A stretch of DNA of 64,000 nucleotides, taken from NCBI GenBank assembly GCA_963815195.1, contig CAWFGE010000020.1, positions 256,001 through 320,000 on the forward strand, read 5' to 3'. Of this stretch, positions 1 to 11,390 are shown piece by piece (within the stretch, counting starts at the first letter, position 1; each line of letters begins with the position of its first letter). This DNA comes from an uncultured Planctomycetaceae bacterium (lineage in GTDB: Bacteria > Planctomycetota > Planctomycetia > Planctomycetales > Planctomycetaceae). The notes under the pieces were generated by a model that worked only from the letters and a program-made list of their open reading frames with translations, was not told where the DNA came from and made no database searches. Both the position numbers and the translations under genes were made by a program.

Positions 1-1020
1 TTGCCAGGTGGCTTCGTTGCCCGCTTGGAGTGCGCGGTCTTTGTTGTCGGCTCCCAGGGATTGGCCGACCATCGTGCCGGCGGCGAGGCCCCAGGCGACG
101 GCGGGCAGATACGTGATCGCTTCGACCATCACCCCGATGCCGTGGGCGGCGAAGACCGCCTCGCCGCGCTCGCCGCTCGCCAGGCGGGAAATCACCATGA
201 GAAACAAAAAATGCCCGCCCCAGGTCACCATCCCTTCCAAGGCGGCCGGCCCGCCGATCTGCAAAATTCGCCTGACAGTTTGCCCGCGCAACCGCCATTG
301 GCTGAGGACGATTCGAAGTCCATTGAGGCCCCGGTGCAAGACGAGCAGCATCAACAGGCCGCCGCCGCAGCGGGCAATGAGCGTGCCATACACGATCCCG
401 CGAACGCCGATCGCCGGGATCGGCCCCGCGCCGAACACCAACGCGACCGAGAAAGCGATATTCAAAAGGTTGACGACGCCGAACACGAGCATCGGCGATC
501 GCATATCCCCCGCGCCGCGCAAGGCGGCCGCCCCCACGAGGCTGATGCTCGTGAAGATATTGCCCACGCCGTCCACGCGGACATAGTGCACCGCGATCGC
601 GGCGGCTTCCTCATTCAAGTTCAGAAGACGGGCGACGACCGGGGCCGCGAAAAAAATCATCCCGCAATACGCACAGCCCACGCACGCCGCCAAGGTGAGC
701 GAGCGGTTCATCACGCGGTTGGCGAGGACGAAGTCCCCCGCGCCCCAGGCCCGCGCCACAATCGCCGTGGTCCCGGTCCCCACCAACCCAAAAATCAACG
801 ACGCCAGCCAGCCGACGTAGCCCGCCACGACAATCGCGGACGTGGCCTCTTTGCTGAGCCGCCCGGACAACCACAGGTCCGTGAGGTCCACGCAGTAGGT
901 CAAGATCTGCTCGCAAAGCACAGGCAATGCGAGAAAGAAAATCGCGGAGCGCAACGGCCCCGCCAAAATGGAGGACCGGGAAGCCGCCACGGGATCCGAA
1001 GGCGAGTTGTCAACGGCCAT
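1..1020 (-). CDS. MATE family efflux transporter (partial, runs off the window start)
   Basis: Not in the ORF track. Manual minus-strand translation from ATG at 1020 gives MAVDNSPSDP...ILAGPLRSAIFFLALPVLCEQ..., multiple hydrophobic helices and the MATE motifs 'ALRGAGDMRSPM' and 'TMVGQSLGA'. Confidence 0.9.
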   Translation of the reverse strand, partial: MAVDNSPSDPVAASRSSILAGPLRSAIFFLALPVLCEQILTYCVDLTDLWLSGRLSKEATSAIVVAGYVGWLASLIFGLVGTGTTAIVARAWGAGDFVLANRVMNRSLTLAACVGCAYCGMIFFAAPVVARLLNLNEEAAAIAVHYVRVDGVGNIFTSISLVGAAALRGAGDMRSPMLVFGVVNLLNIAFSVALVFGAGPIPAIGVRGIVYGTLIARCGGGLLMLLVLHRGLNGLRIVLSQWRLRGQTVRRILQIGGPAALEGMVTWGGHFLFLMVISRLASGERGEAVFAAHGIGVMVEAITYLPAVAWGLAAGTMVGQSLGADNKDRALQAGNEATWQ

Positions 1021-1070
1021 CGGAAACGAGCACTCCCTTGTCACGCCGCTGAGCTATGTCAGCTTGACGG

Positions 1071-1241
1071 TTGGAAATTCGAAGCACGAAATCCGAAATC
1101 CGAAACGAATTCAAAATCTCAATGGCAAAAACAGAGATCATCCCAATCGTTAAAACGCGTTCCATTTCTGGAGTTTGGACGTTGGGATTTCGAGCATTCG
1201 GATTTGTTTCGGATTTCGACATTCGGATTTCGGATTTCCAA
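1071..1241. repeat. Intergenic palindrome built from 7-mer units (CGAAATC/GATTTCG)
   Basis: Left arm ttggaaattcgaagcacgaaatccgaaatccgaaa is an imperfect inverse of right arm tttcggatttcgacattcggatttcggatttccaa. Confidence 0.8.
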
Positions 1242-1264
1242 TCAAGGCGGCACACGGTCATCGG

Positions 1265-2634
1265 TCAATCGACCAGCCGGTCCGCCCGCAACAGGTCGAT
1301 GGCGTTTTCGAAGGCGGACACGGTGTGGTCGAGGTCGGCGTCGGTGTGGGCGGCACTGGTCATCGCGCCCCAGCCCATCCAATCCACTCCGCCGACTAAT
1401 ACGCGCAACGCAAGGCGTTGTTCAACTGCGAATCGAAGTTGCGGTCCAACCGGGCGAAGTCGTTGTTATAGGGGCGGAAGTCGCCGCCGGCGGCGGGCGG
1501 GCCGTCGTATTCGGGCAGGATCTTGGTGAGGGAATCCACGCCGTACGCCGCCCAGCCCAGGCTCTTTCGCTGGAAGAGTTCGTTGAGGGCGGACCGCAAC
1601 TTCACCGCGGCGGCGGTCGCTTTTTCGCAGGGTTCGCCGGTCGCGACGATCTCCAAGGCCGACGATCCCGCCACCGCGGAAAGCGGGTTGGCGTTGTAGG
1701 TGCCGGGGTGCTTCATTTTTTTGCCGAAGGGGTTGTCGAAGGCGATCGCCTGCATGAGATCGGCCCGACCGGTCACGCAGCCGCCCGGCAGTCCGCCCGC
1801 GAGGACTTTCGCGAGCGTGGTCAGATCCGGCGTGATCCCCCGTTGCGCTTGCACGCCGCCCGGATGCACGCGAAAACCGCTGATGACTTCATCCAAAATG
1901 AAGATCACATTCTTCCGCGAGGCGAGTTCGTGAAGGCCTTTGAGAAAACCGTCCTCCAAAGGCACGACGCCCCAGCGCCCGCCGGTGGCTTCCACGATGA
2001 TGCACGCGGGATCGTGCGCATCGACCGCGTGGGCGACGGCGTCCAGATTGTTGGGGGGGACGACGACCAGATCGCCCATCACGCTGTCGGTGACGCCGGG
2101 CGTTTCGTACCGGCCGGACGGATCGTGCGGAGGGCTTGCTCCGGGGATGAGCTGATCGTGCCAGCCGTGAAAATGCCCCGCGAACTTGAGGACCTTCGAC
2201 TTCCCGCTGACCAACCGGGCGATGCGGAGGGCCATCAGTGTCGCTTCGGTGCCGCTGCTCGTGAACCGCACCAACTCGGCGGACGGCACGAGCTTTTGGA
2301 CCCATTCGCCCCAGACCAACTCGGCTTCGTGGCAGGCTCCGTAATGCGTGCCCCGGGTGATCTGCCGATTCACCGCTTCGATCAAAGCAGGATGGCTGTG
2401 CCCCAACAAGAGGGCCCCGTGGCCCATCCAATAATCGATGAGTTCCTTCCCCTCGACCGTCGTTTTCCGCGATCCCTTCGCCCGCTCCACATAGACCGGG
2501 AAGGGCGACAGAAACCGTTGGTCGTGCGTCACGCCGCTGGGAAAAATCCTCCGCCCGCGCTCCGCCAACTCCGCCGAGCGCGGGAAGGTTTCGCGGTACA
2601 GGGATTCCGTCGTGAGTTCAGTCACCTGCGACAT
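1265..2634 (-). CDS. Class III PLP aminotransferase (glutamate-1-semialdehyde aminomutase-like); frameshift near 1401
   Basis: Motifs SGTEAT, FHGWHD, ILDEVISGFR and TTLAKVLAGG. The C-terminus (LVGGVDWMG...SAAHTDADLDHTVSAF) continues in another frame to TGA at 1265. Confidence 0.85.
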
Positions 2635-3121
2635 AGTCGTGTTCCACACCTAAGGAGGAAAAGGAGGGCTACGAACTTCAGTACTTCCAAAAAAGCTCAG
2701 GAAATTGGTTTCGTTTTCAAGAGCCGCGCACGACGTAAGCGGTTTTCAGGGACTCAGACAACGCAAGGACCGCTTACTTCGTGCGCGGCTCGGGCATTTT
2801 TGGAACGACCGAACTTTCCTGTTTTTCGATCGGCGATTGAAAGCACAGAATCATGGGGCACAAAATCATGTTTTGCAATCGTGGCGGCGGCTCGCTTTCA
2901 GACGCCCGCCTTCCCATGATTCTCTGCCCTTGCTTTTGTACTCTAACCCCCATCGCCCCGGCGAACAATCCTGCCGCTCCGCTTCGGCGGCCTGCGAAAA
3001 CTTTTCCGCCCGCCTCTATTCCGATTTCCGCCGGGGTTGCCTAGACTGGCGGTTTGCCCCTCCGGGACCGTGGCCGGCTGGGATTGTTGTCACGCTTCAA
3101 AGTCGAAATCGAAACAGACGA

Positions 3122-4549
3122 ATGCCCAAGGACTTTCTGAAAGGCACCCAGGACCAATACGACGTCATCGTGATTGGAAGCGGCCTCGCCGGGCTCACCT
3201 CGGCCAATCTCCTCGCCCGCGCGGGGTATTCCGTGTTGCTGTTGGAGCATCATTACCAACTCGGCGGCATGGCCACCTGGTTCAAACGCAAGGGCGGGCA
3301 TATCTTCGATATTTCGCTGCACGGCTTTCCCTACGGCATGGTCAAAAGCTGCCGAAAGTATTGGACGCCGGAAATCGCCGACTCCATCGTGCAGCTCAAG
3401 GGCATCCGCTTCGAGAACCCGCAGTTCTCGCTCCGCACGACCTTCGACCGCCAGGACTTCACGCGGATCATCACCGAGAAATTCCGCATCCCGCACGAAA
3501 CCGTCGACCGGTTCTTCACCATCGCGCGGAACATGAATTTCTTCGACGACCAGGCCAAAACCACCCGCGAGCTGTTCGAGGAATTCTTCCCCGGCCGCGA
3601 TGACGTCGTCCGATTGTTGATGGAACCCATCACCTACGCCAACGGCTCCACGCTCGAAGATCCCGCGCTGACTTATGGAATCGTGTTTTCGAACTTCATG
3701 CACAAAGGCGTATTCACGTTCGAGGGCGGCACCGACAAACTGGTGACCGAGATGCGGGCGGAACTCGAAAACAACGGCGTCGATATCCGCATTCGCGCGC
3801 TCGTGGAAAAGATCGAAGTCTCCCCCGACCGCCGGGTGACGGGCGTGGTCGTCAACGGCAAGCGGATCGGCTGCCGGGCCCTGGTGTCCAACGCCAACAT
3901 CAAATCCACGATTCTCAAACTCGTCGGCCCGGAGCATTTCGATCGCGACTTTGTGGAAGAAGCCCGGGCCGTGCGATTGAACAACAGCAGCTGCCAGGTT
4001 TACATGGCTCTCAAGCCCGGCGAAGGGTTTGACGATCTGGGCGATTTGCTGTTTCATTCGGAGCATCGCGGATTTGATATTGATGCGATGCTCAGCCGAC
4101 ATGTCAGCAGCCGGACGTTCTCGTTTTATTACCCCAAGACCCGGCCGGGCAGCGACCGCTGGCTGATTGTTTCCTCAACCAACGCCAACTACCGCGACTG
4201 GGCCGAGTTGTCCGAAGAGGATTATCAGGCCTCCAAGGGCGATCTCAACGAAACCACGCTGGATTGTTTGGAACAGTACATCCCCAATATCCGCGAAAAA
4301 ATTGACCACATCGAAGCCTCCACGCCTCGGACTTTCGAGCATTACACCCGGCATCTCGAAGGGGCGTCGTTCGGCACGAAGTTTGAAGGCCTCAAAGTCA
4401 GCAAGACCCTGCCGGAGCAAATCGCCGGGCTGTATCACGCGGGCTCGGTGGGGATCATCATGTCCGGCTGGCTGGGCGCGGTGAACTACGGAGTCATCGT
4501 CGCGAACGACGTCGACAAGCTCCTCACCCCCGCGCCGGCGAGCGTTTGA
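3122..4549 (+). CDS. Phytoene desaturase-family FAD/NAD(P)-dependent oxidoreductase
   Basis: N-terminal GSGLAG dinucleotide-binding motif, '[10 protein letters not shown]' and 'GLYHAG' as in CrtI-like enzymes. Confidence 0.85.
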   Translation: MPKDFLKGTQDQYDVIVIGSGLAGLTSANLLARAGYSVLLLEHHYQLGGMATWFKRKGGHIFDISLHGFPYGMVKSCRKYWTPEIADSIVQLKGIRFENPQFSLRTTFDRQDFTRIITEKFRIPHETVDRFFTIARNMNFFDDQAKTTRELFEEFFPGRDDVVRLLMEPITYANGSTLEDPALTYGIVFSNFMHKGVFTFEGGTDKLVTEMRAELENNGVDIRIRALVEKIEVSPDRRVTGVVVNGKRIGCRALVSNANIKSTILKLVGPEHFDRDFVEEARAVRLNNSSCQVYMALKPGEGFDDLGDLLFHSEHRGFDIDAMLSRHVSSRTFSFYYPKTRPGSDRWLIVSSTNANYRDWAELSEEDYQASKGDLNETTLDCLEQYIPNIREKIDHIEASTPRTFEHYTRHLEGASFGTKFEGLKVSKTLPEQIAGLYHAGSVGIIMSGWLGAVNYGVIVANDVDKLLTPAPASV

Positions 4550-4592
4550 CATACCGCATTCTGCATGGCAGGCCGTTTTTCCCAGGCGGTCG

Positions 4593-4970
4593 TTAACCCC
4601 CTTCCACGGCGGATCGAAGCAAATCCGGAAGTTCGGTCGCGAACCGGCTGCGCGGCAGCACCCGGTCGCAACCCGCGGCCCGGGCTTCTTCCAGACGCGC
4701 CGTATTCACGTGCGGGCCAAAAGCGACCACCGCCGGTTTTGAGACGCCGGGCAAAAGTTCCATGATTTCGGACACGCTCGGCGAGGAAACATTCAAATCG
4801 ACGAGCACGATGCAAACCGACTTCTCGGCGAACGCCCGCAGTATGTCGGCCGGCTGGGTCGCCGGCAGGACGTCCATTCCCAAAGGGGCCGCCGCCGCTT
4901 GAATCTTTCCGGCAAACAGCAAATCGGGGCTGATGAAGAGCGCCGTTCGGGATTTGGTTTTCGCATTCAT
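4593..4970 (-). CDS. Stand-alone atypical receiver (REC-like) domain protein
   Basis: 'DLLFAGKI', 'VLVDL' and 'VVAFGPHV...ARAAGCDRVLPRS' fit a CheY-like fold. Confidence 0.7.
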   Translation of the reverse strand: MNAKTKSRTALFISPDLLFAGKIQAAAAPLGMDVLPATQPADILRAFAEKSVCIVLVDLNVSSPSVSEIMELLPGVSKPAVVAFGPHVNTARLEEARAAGCDRVLPRSRFATELPDLLRSAVEGG

Positions 4971-5033
4971 GTGCCGCAACAATCTCCAATCGCCCGAGCG
5001 ATGCCGATCGCGGCATGCCGCCGCTACGGAAGT

Positions 5034-6296
5034 CTAGTTCTCAAACTGCTTGAAAAAGTCGCCCAATCCCTCATCATCGTTGGAGGCTCCGCTGTCCTCT
5101 TCGGCGACCTGATTTAAGAACGCGGCCACGTCGTCTTCGTCCATTTCCTCCTCGACCGTTTCTTCGATCCCCGAAAGCTCTGGTTCCTCTTCGATTTCTT
5201 CGACCTTTTCGAGTTCCGCCACTTCGAGTTCCGCCTCTTCGGGGGCCGGCGTTTGTGGGCTCTCTTCCCTGACGGGCTCGTCTTCGTCAAATTCCTCGTC
5301 GGCTTCGAACACCACATCCTCAGAGTCCTCGTTCTCGTCTTCCTCGAACACCACGTCCGCGGTTTCCATTGCAGGTTCTGCTTCAGTTTCGGATTCCGCA
5401 GCGCCGCCGGCTTGCTGATCTTCCCCGGACTCTTCTTCCAACTCCCGATCGACGACTTCCTCAACGGCGGCAACTTCGGATTCTTCCAATTCCAAGTCGA
5501 CAACTTCTTCGACTTCGTCAATTTCCGGTTCGTCAAACTCCAAACCGAAAACTTCGTCCTCTTGCTCAACCGCGGCTTCGGGTTCGTCCAAATCCAAATG
5601 GACGACTTCGTCGTCGGTGATCGCCGGTTCCTCGGCGGGTTCGGGTTCCGCGGCGGCGGAGGCCGGTTCGGACGCCTCGTCTTCCAGCGTGGCAGAATCG
5701 TCGTCCGCGATGATTTCCTCATCGGATTCGGCCGCGTCGGAGGAATCCAAATCGGCGGCCCAGACCATTTGAACGGTACCCGCCTCGCCGTCCGCCTGGG
5801 CCTCTGCGGGGGTTTCGTCCGCGGCTTCTTCCAGCTCAGCGTCCGCTTCGGCAAACTCCATTTCATCGTCGGGGGCCTCTTCCGACGTCGCGGTGTCGGC
5901 AAAGCCGAGGGCGGCGGTTTCGGCGAGGGCTTCGTGCTGGTGCGGCTTCAGATCGACCGTGGAACCCAGCCCGTCGGTTTGCATCGCCTTGGCCGCCGAC
6001 TCGGAAAACCGCACAAAAAACTTAATGCCGCCCAGTGACAATTCGCTGTCCGGAGCGATTTCGTAGTCGGTTTCCGGCTCCAGTTGATAGCCGTTGACGA
6101 ACGTCCCGTTGGAACTGCCCAGGTCGCGGACCGTCACGCCGTCTTCGCCGATGCAGATTTTGCAGTGCTGCCGGCTGACTTCATTCGAGGCGATTCGCAA
6201 CCCGCACTCGGTGCTCCGGCCGATGATGGTGTCGGACTTGAGCAACACTTTTTTCACTTTGGCTTTTTTGTGGGCCAGTTCCAGCCGAACGTTCAT
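5034..6296 (-). CDS. FHA domain protein with long acidic low-complexity tail
   Basis: FHA motifs IGR, VSRQH and DLGSSNGTFVNG, followed by roughly 300 aa rich in Glu/Asp. Confidence 0.9.
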   Translation of the reverse strand: MNVRLELAHKKAKVKKVLLKSDTIIGRSTECGLRIASNEVSRQHCKICIGEDGVTVRDLGSSNGTFVNGYQLEPETDYEIAPDSELSLGGIKFFVRFSESAAKAMQTDGLGSTVDLKPHQHEALAETAALGFADTATSEEAPDDEMEFAEADAELEEAADETPAEAQADGEAGTVQMVWAADLDSSDAAESDEEIIADDDSATLEDEASEPASAAAEPEPAEEPAITDDEVVHLDLDEPEAAVEQEDEVFGLEFDEPEIDEVEEVVDLELEESEVAAVEEVVDRELEEESGEDQQAGGAAESETEAEPAMETADVVFEEDENEDSEDVVFEADEEFDEDEPVREESPQTPAPEEAELEVAELEKVEEIEEEPELSGIEETVEEEMDEDDVAAFLNQVAEEDSGASNDDEGLGDFFKQFEN

Positions 6297-6365
6297 GGCG
6301 CAATATCATCATTAAGGCCGATCGGACGATCCCGCAGACAGAATTCAGTATAAACGCCGGCAGGG

Positions 6366-6402
6366 AAAAACCCCACCGAGCGGGGTGGGGGTTCGTTTTT
6401 TT
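6366..6402 (-). terminator. Probable intrinsic terminator of rnpB
   Basis: Hairpin aaccccacc...ggtgggggtt flanked by A/T runs, just downstream of rnpB. Confidence 0.6.
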
Positions 6403-6434
6403 CCCAAAGTTTGGTGGGCGGATTTGGGAAGAAT

Positions 6435-6850
<416 letters not shown>

Positions 6851-6986
6851 CATCCTCATTGTACGCCGGAGCGCAGGGGTTTTCTTCACAAAAAAACATG
6901 TTTCCTCGGTAATATTCCCGGTTCTCTGTCACTTTTGGGGATTCTTGTCGTCTGGGGCCTTTGCGGGATGCTCTCAAATGCCCGGA

Positions 6987-7018
6987 CATGCTCATAAAAA
7001 GCCATGAGCATGCCACCC
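6987..7018. repeat. REP-like palindrome, family C (CATGCTCAT..ATGAGCATGCCACCC)
   Basis: Near-identical to the arms at 31715-31748 and 31845-31878. Confidence 0.8.
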
Positions 7019-7109
7019 TCGACTCACCACAAAACCTTGTGCCTGCCCTGGTGGCCGGGCTGTTGAGCGATGTTTTGATGGTCGCAGCGGAACGGGCGGA
7101 CGGCGCGAA

Positions 7110-8067
<958 letters not shown>

Positions 8068-8130
8068 GAAGCCGCCCGCAAGCTGGTGAGGAAAAACGCC
8101 GATGCGAAGAAGAGATTTCCTAAAAAACAA

Positions 8131-8190
8131 ATCAGCCCGAAACGCAAGCGAGGGAATGAGTGTCTCCCTCGCTTGCGCTTCGGGCTAATG
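8131..8190. repeat. REP doublet, family A (AGCCCGAAGCGCAAGCGAGGG...CCCTCGCTTGCGCTTCGGGCT)
   Basis: Inverted pair. Related copies lie at 63846-63905 and, partially, 16437-16469. Confidence 0.85.
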
Positions 8191-8233
8191 AAAATTACCA
8201 AAATGGACCACGAGCCGTCTATTGCATTGGGAT

Positions 8234-8260
8234 CATCCGGAACGCGCTTGCGTCCGGTTC
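8234..8260. repeat. REP-like palindrome, family B
   Basis: ccggaacgcgcttgcgtccggttc resembles 57514-57543 and 59341-59370. Confidence 0.65.
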
Positions 8261-8337
8261 GCTCGGCGAAAGCCAGGGCGGACCACCCCCCCCTGCGGTT
8301 AATTTTTTCGACCCGAAATTCATGCTCTGACGGAGCA

Positions 8338-10074
8338 CTATTCGCTTGCGGAGGACTCTTCCTCGGCGGGTTTTTTTTCCGGTTCGGCGAATTTGAACAG
8401 CTTCGTGTTGCCGAATTTCTTTTCGCACTTGGGGCACTTGGTCTTGGCGATGGTCTTGCCTTTGAGGCCGCCGATCTTTTCTTTCCGGCGGGCTTCTTCG
8501 CTGACGACCAACCCGCAGCCTTCGCACCGCCAGCCGGCGAGTTCCAACTGCATGTTGGGATCGGCTTCGTAGAGTTTCGCCGCGTCGGGATCGAGGACTT
8601 TCAGCGACTCTTCCGAATAGTGGCATTTGAGATCGAGGATCGGATCGGTCAGCGGCACGCCCTCGAGGATTCCCAGGTCCTTGATCTGGAAATACTTTTC
8701 CAAAGCGGAGGAAAACAGGCGAAACTCGCTGAGCCAGAACGCCAGGAATCGCTGCTCGGGGCTGTCGGGCTTCGTCGGCAGGCAGACCACGATTCGGCCT
8801 TCGCCGAACACCGGGACGCCCGCAAACATCGACTCGTGCACGTAAACCACGGGCTGGACGACCTTGAATTGCTTCACGGTGTCCGCATCGAAAAACTCGT
8901 GCTTGGGGGCAGGCAGGTCGGCTTTTTTCTTGTCGGCCTCCAGGTGCTTGCGGACTTCCTGGCGGAGATCGTCGGGCGTGCCTTTCGGCCGGCTGAACAG
9001 CGTGAAGACAGGCTTCTTGGCGAGGCCGATGACGATCACGCCCTGCGCGGAGCAGCCCACATCGACATGTTCGAATTGCTTTTCCACGCTGCCGGGCTTG
9101 AGCCGCAGCTTTTGGGGATTGATCGCGTGCTGCCGAACGTCGAGGATCCAGGCCCATTTCTCTTCGGCCTTCTTCTTTTTTTGCTCGGCGGCCCGTTTTT
9201 GTGCGGCTTTGCGTTTGGCCAGCGCGCGTTTCTGGCCGGCCAGCCGTTCGGGCGAGGGCGGTTCCTCTGCGGACGTCCGTTTGGACTTGGAGGCTTTTGG
9301 CTTTTTGTTCCGCTGGGCTTCCCGCTGTTTGCGGACGCCCTCCGATTCTTGTTCCTCCTTCATCGCGATGTCCAGCAGCACATCCCCGCCCGTGGCCACA
9401 GAGTGCGCTTCCGCGTCGGGATCGTCGTCGACCGGGGGACGTTTGGATTCCGGCGCGGCGGCCTCCGGCGGTGCGGAATTTTCGGGTTCCCCTTCCGGGG
9501 GCTGGGTCGGCCGGTTTGCGGGGGAGGCCGGAGTTTTGGCACCGGCACCGTTTGATGGCGCGGGATGAGACGGGGGTGGTTCGCTTATGCGGTAGGTGTC
9601 CGAAGTCGGCTCGGACGGGGCGGCGGCCTGTTGGAAGGCGTAGCCGTCGGACAACTCGAAGTCATCGTCATCGTCAGTTGACGACGGGGGCGACGCAGAC
9701 GCAGGCGACGCAGGCGACGCAGGCGACGCAGGGCCTGGCTGAGGTCCCGCTGACCTGGGTTGTTGCGAGCGGTTGTTGCCGGACTGCGATTGGCTGTAGG
9801 TGAAGTCGCGGTGTCCGCGGAGCATTTCGTAATAGGCTTCTTGGATGTCCTCTCGCAAAAAGCTGCTGCAATTCCAGCACCGCACCAGGCCGATCTGGTT
9901 CGCCTCTCCGCAATTTCGGCAGGGGATTTGCGCGCTGCGGCTTTTGGACAAGTCGTCCTGGCTGATCGATCCCGCCCCGACTTCATCCAGGACATGCTGG
10001 CAGTTGGGACAAATGACGGTATCGCTGAACAACATCGTCCGGCAGGACGGGCAAGCGATCATTGAAACAGTCAT
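8338..10074 (-). CDS. Hypothetical multi-zinc-ribbon protein
   Basis: N-terminal CPSC/CPNC/CRNC/CWNC pairs, a Pro/acidic linker with a 9-bp tandem repeat (9698-9732, PAS units), and C-terminal CEGC/CPKC. Confidence 0.8.
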   Translation of the reverse strand: MTVSMIACPSCRTMLFSDTVICPNCQHVLDEVGAGSISQDDLSKSRSAQIPCRNCGEANQIGLVRCWNCSSFLREDIQEAYYEMLRGHRDFTYSQSQSGNNRSQQPRSAGPQPGPASPASPASPASASPPSSTDDDDDFELSDGYAFQQAAAPSEPTSDTYRISEPPPSHPAPSNGAGAKTPASPANRPTQPPEGEPENSAPPEAAAPESKRPPVDDDPDAEAHSVATGGDVLLDIAMKEEQESEGVRKQREAQRNKKPKASKSKRTSAEEPPSPERLAGQKRALAKRKAAQKRAAEQKKKKAEEKWAWILDVRQHAINPQKLRLKPGSVEKQFEHVDVGCSAQGVIVIGLAKKPVFTLFSRPKGTPDDLRQEVRKHLEADKKKADLPAPKHEFFDADTVKQFKVVQPVVYVHESMFAGVPVFGEGRIVVCLPTKPDSPEQRFLAFWLSEFRLFSSALEKYFQIKDLGILEGVPLTDPILDLKCHYSEESLKVLDPDAAKLYEADPNMQLELAGWRCEGCGLVVSEEARRKEKIGGLKGKTIAKTKCPKCEKKFGNTKLFKFAEPEKKPAEEESSASE

Positions 10075-10280
10075 ACGAATCGGCATCCAGTCGGAACCGC
10101 GGGCGTCCGCAATTCGCTCAATGAGGAGAGATGGGAAGTGAATGAGTTAATAATCGATGAAAACGGATTCATTTACTGTACCAAAGCCCTGTGAGGATTT
10201 CAGCCGGACTTTTTCGACATTTTCCCCTATTCCCCAAGATCGCGGGATTTTTTCCACGATTTGCGGAAGTGTTTCGGATT

Positions 10281-11111
10281 TTATTCGCCGGGGAATGCCC
10301 AGGAAATTGGATCGCTTTCCTTTTCGCTGGCCCAAGCGGAAAGCGGAGGGAATTGGTGTTTAAGTCGATCGGCCAACATCTCCAAGGCAGGACGTTCGGA
10401 GGCGTAGTGTCCTAACAAAATCATCGCGATTCCCAAGGCGCGGGCTTCCAGACAGGCGTGAAATCTCGCTTCTCCGGTAAGGAATGCCTGGCATCCTTGG
10501 CGGTGGGCGTCGGGAAGAAATTCCGCGGCGGCCCCGCAGGCGATTCCCACCCGCTGAATCGGCGGATTTTCCGCGCCGACATATTGATATTGACTGATAT
10601 TCAGCTTGGTTTCGAGGTTTTTCTGGAATTTCGTCCATGAGAGCGGTTCCGGAAAATCCCCGAACCGCCCGGAACCCGCGGGCGCCGGACATTCCGCTCC
10701 CGCGAATTCCGCGTCCGGAATCGGCCGGAGCGGGGCAATATCCAAAAGCCCTAACTGATTGGCCAGCCATTGGTTAATGCCGCCCGACCCGTTGTCGAAC
10801 GCGGTGTGCGGCGAATACACGGCGACGCCCGCGCGGACCAATTCCAACAGCATTCGGCCTTCGAGGGTGTCGGTCGTCAGCCGTTTGACGGAGTTGAACA
10901 GAATTGGATGATGCGTGACCACGAGCCCCGCTGTCCGCGCGATCGCCTCTTCCGCCACATCGGGAGTGAGCGTCAAACAGGTCATCACCGACCGAATCGC
11001 AGCATCGGCGTCGCCCAACAGCAGACCGACGTTGTCCCAATCCTCCGCAAGCGCCGGAGCCGCGAGGGATTCCAAAAACTGAACCACGTCGGAAACCAAA
11101 GTCGTGCTCAT
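10281..11111 (-). CDS. Nif3-like dinuclear metal center protein
   Basis: Motifs AEDWDNVGLLLG, VTHHP, YSPHTAFD and LGHYASE. Confidence 0.95.
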   Translation of the reverse strand: MSTTLVSDVVQFLESLAAPALAEDWDNVGLLLGDADAAIRSVMTCLTLTPDVAEEAIARTAGLVVTHHPILFNSVKRLTTDTLEGRMLLELVRAGVAVYSPHTAFDNGSGGINQWLANQLGLLDIAPLRPIPDAEFAGAECPAPAGSGRFGDFPEPLSWTKFQKNLETKLNISQYQYVGAENPPIQRVGIACGAAAEFLPDAHRQGCQAFLTGEARFHACLEARALGIAMILLGHYASERPALEMLADRLKHQFPPLSAWASEKESDPISWAFPGE

Positions 11112-11390
11112 GGCGACCGTTTCATGAAGGGGAGGCTTTGCCGGTTGTCAACGGAGGCAGAGAGAATCACCCTCCCTCCACCTTTGCCAATTCTCCCCGA
11201 ATTGCCAAGCCTTGCGGGTTGATGCATCTTTTCTGATGAAACCGCGTGGGAGAGGCGGTGGAATTCAGATTTGTCTGGACCTTTTGACGATATTTGAGTA
11301 ATACCCCGGACTGCATAAATCCGGTTCTTTTTCCCTATTTGCCTATCATCGCTTCCACGCGGCTGAGTTCTCGTTGTTCGGAGTGAGAGA

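Noticed and set aside
1..2919. 972-aa plus-strand ORF
   Set aside because: It is the antisense shadow of the MATE and aminotransferase genes and reads through a repeat. It has no motifs and is typical of high-GC DNA.
9698..9732. 9-bp tandem repeat as a phase-variation locus
   Set aside because: The unit length is a multiple of three and it encodes a PAS linker, so it cannot switch frame.
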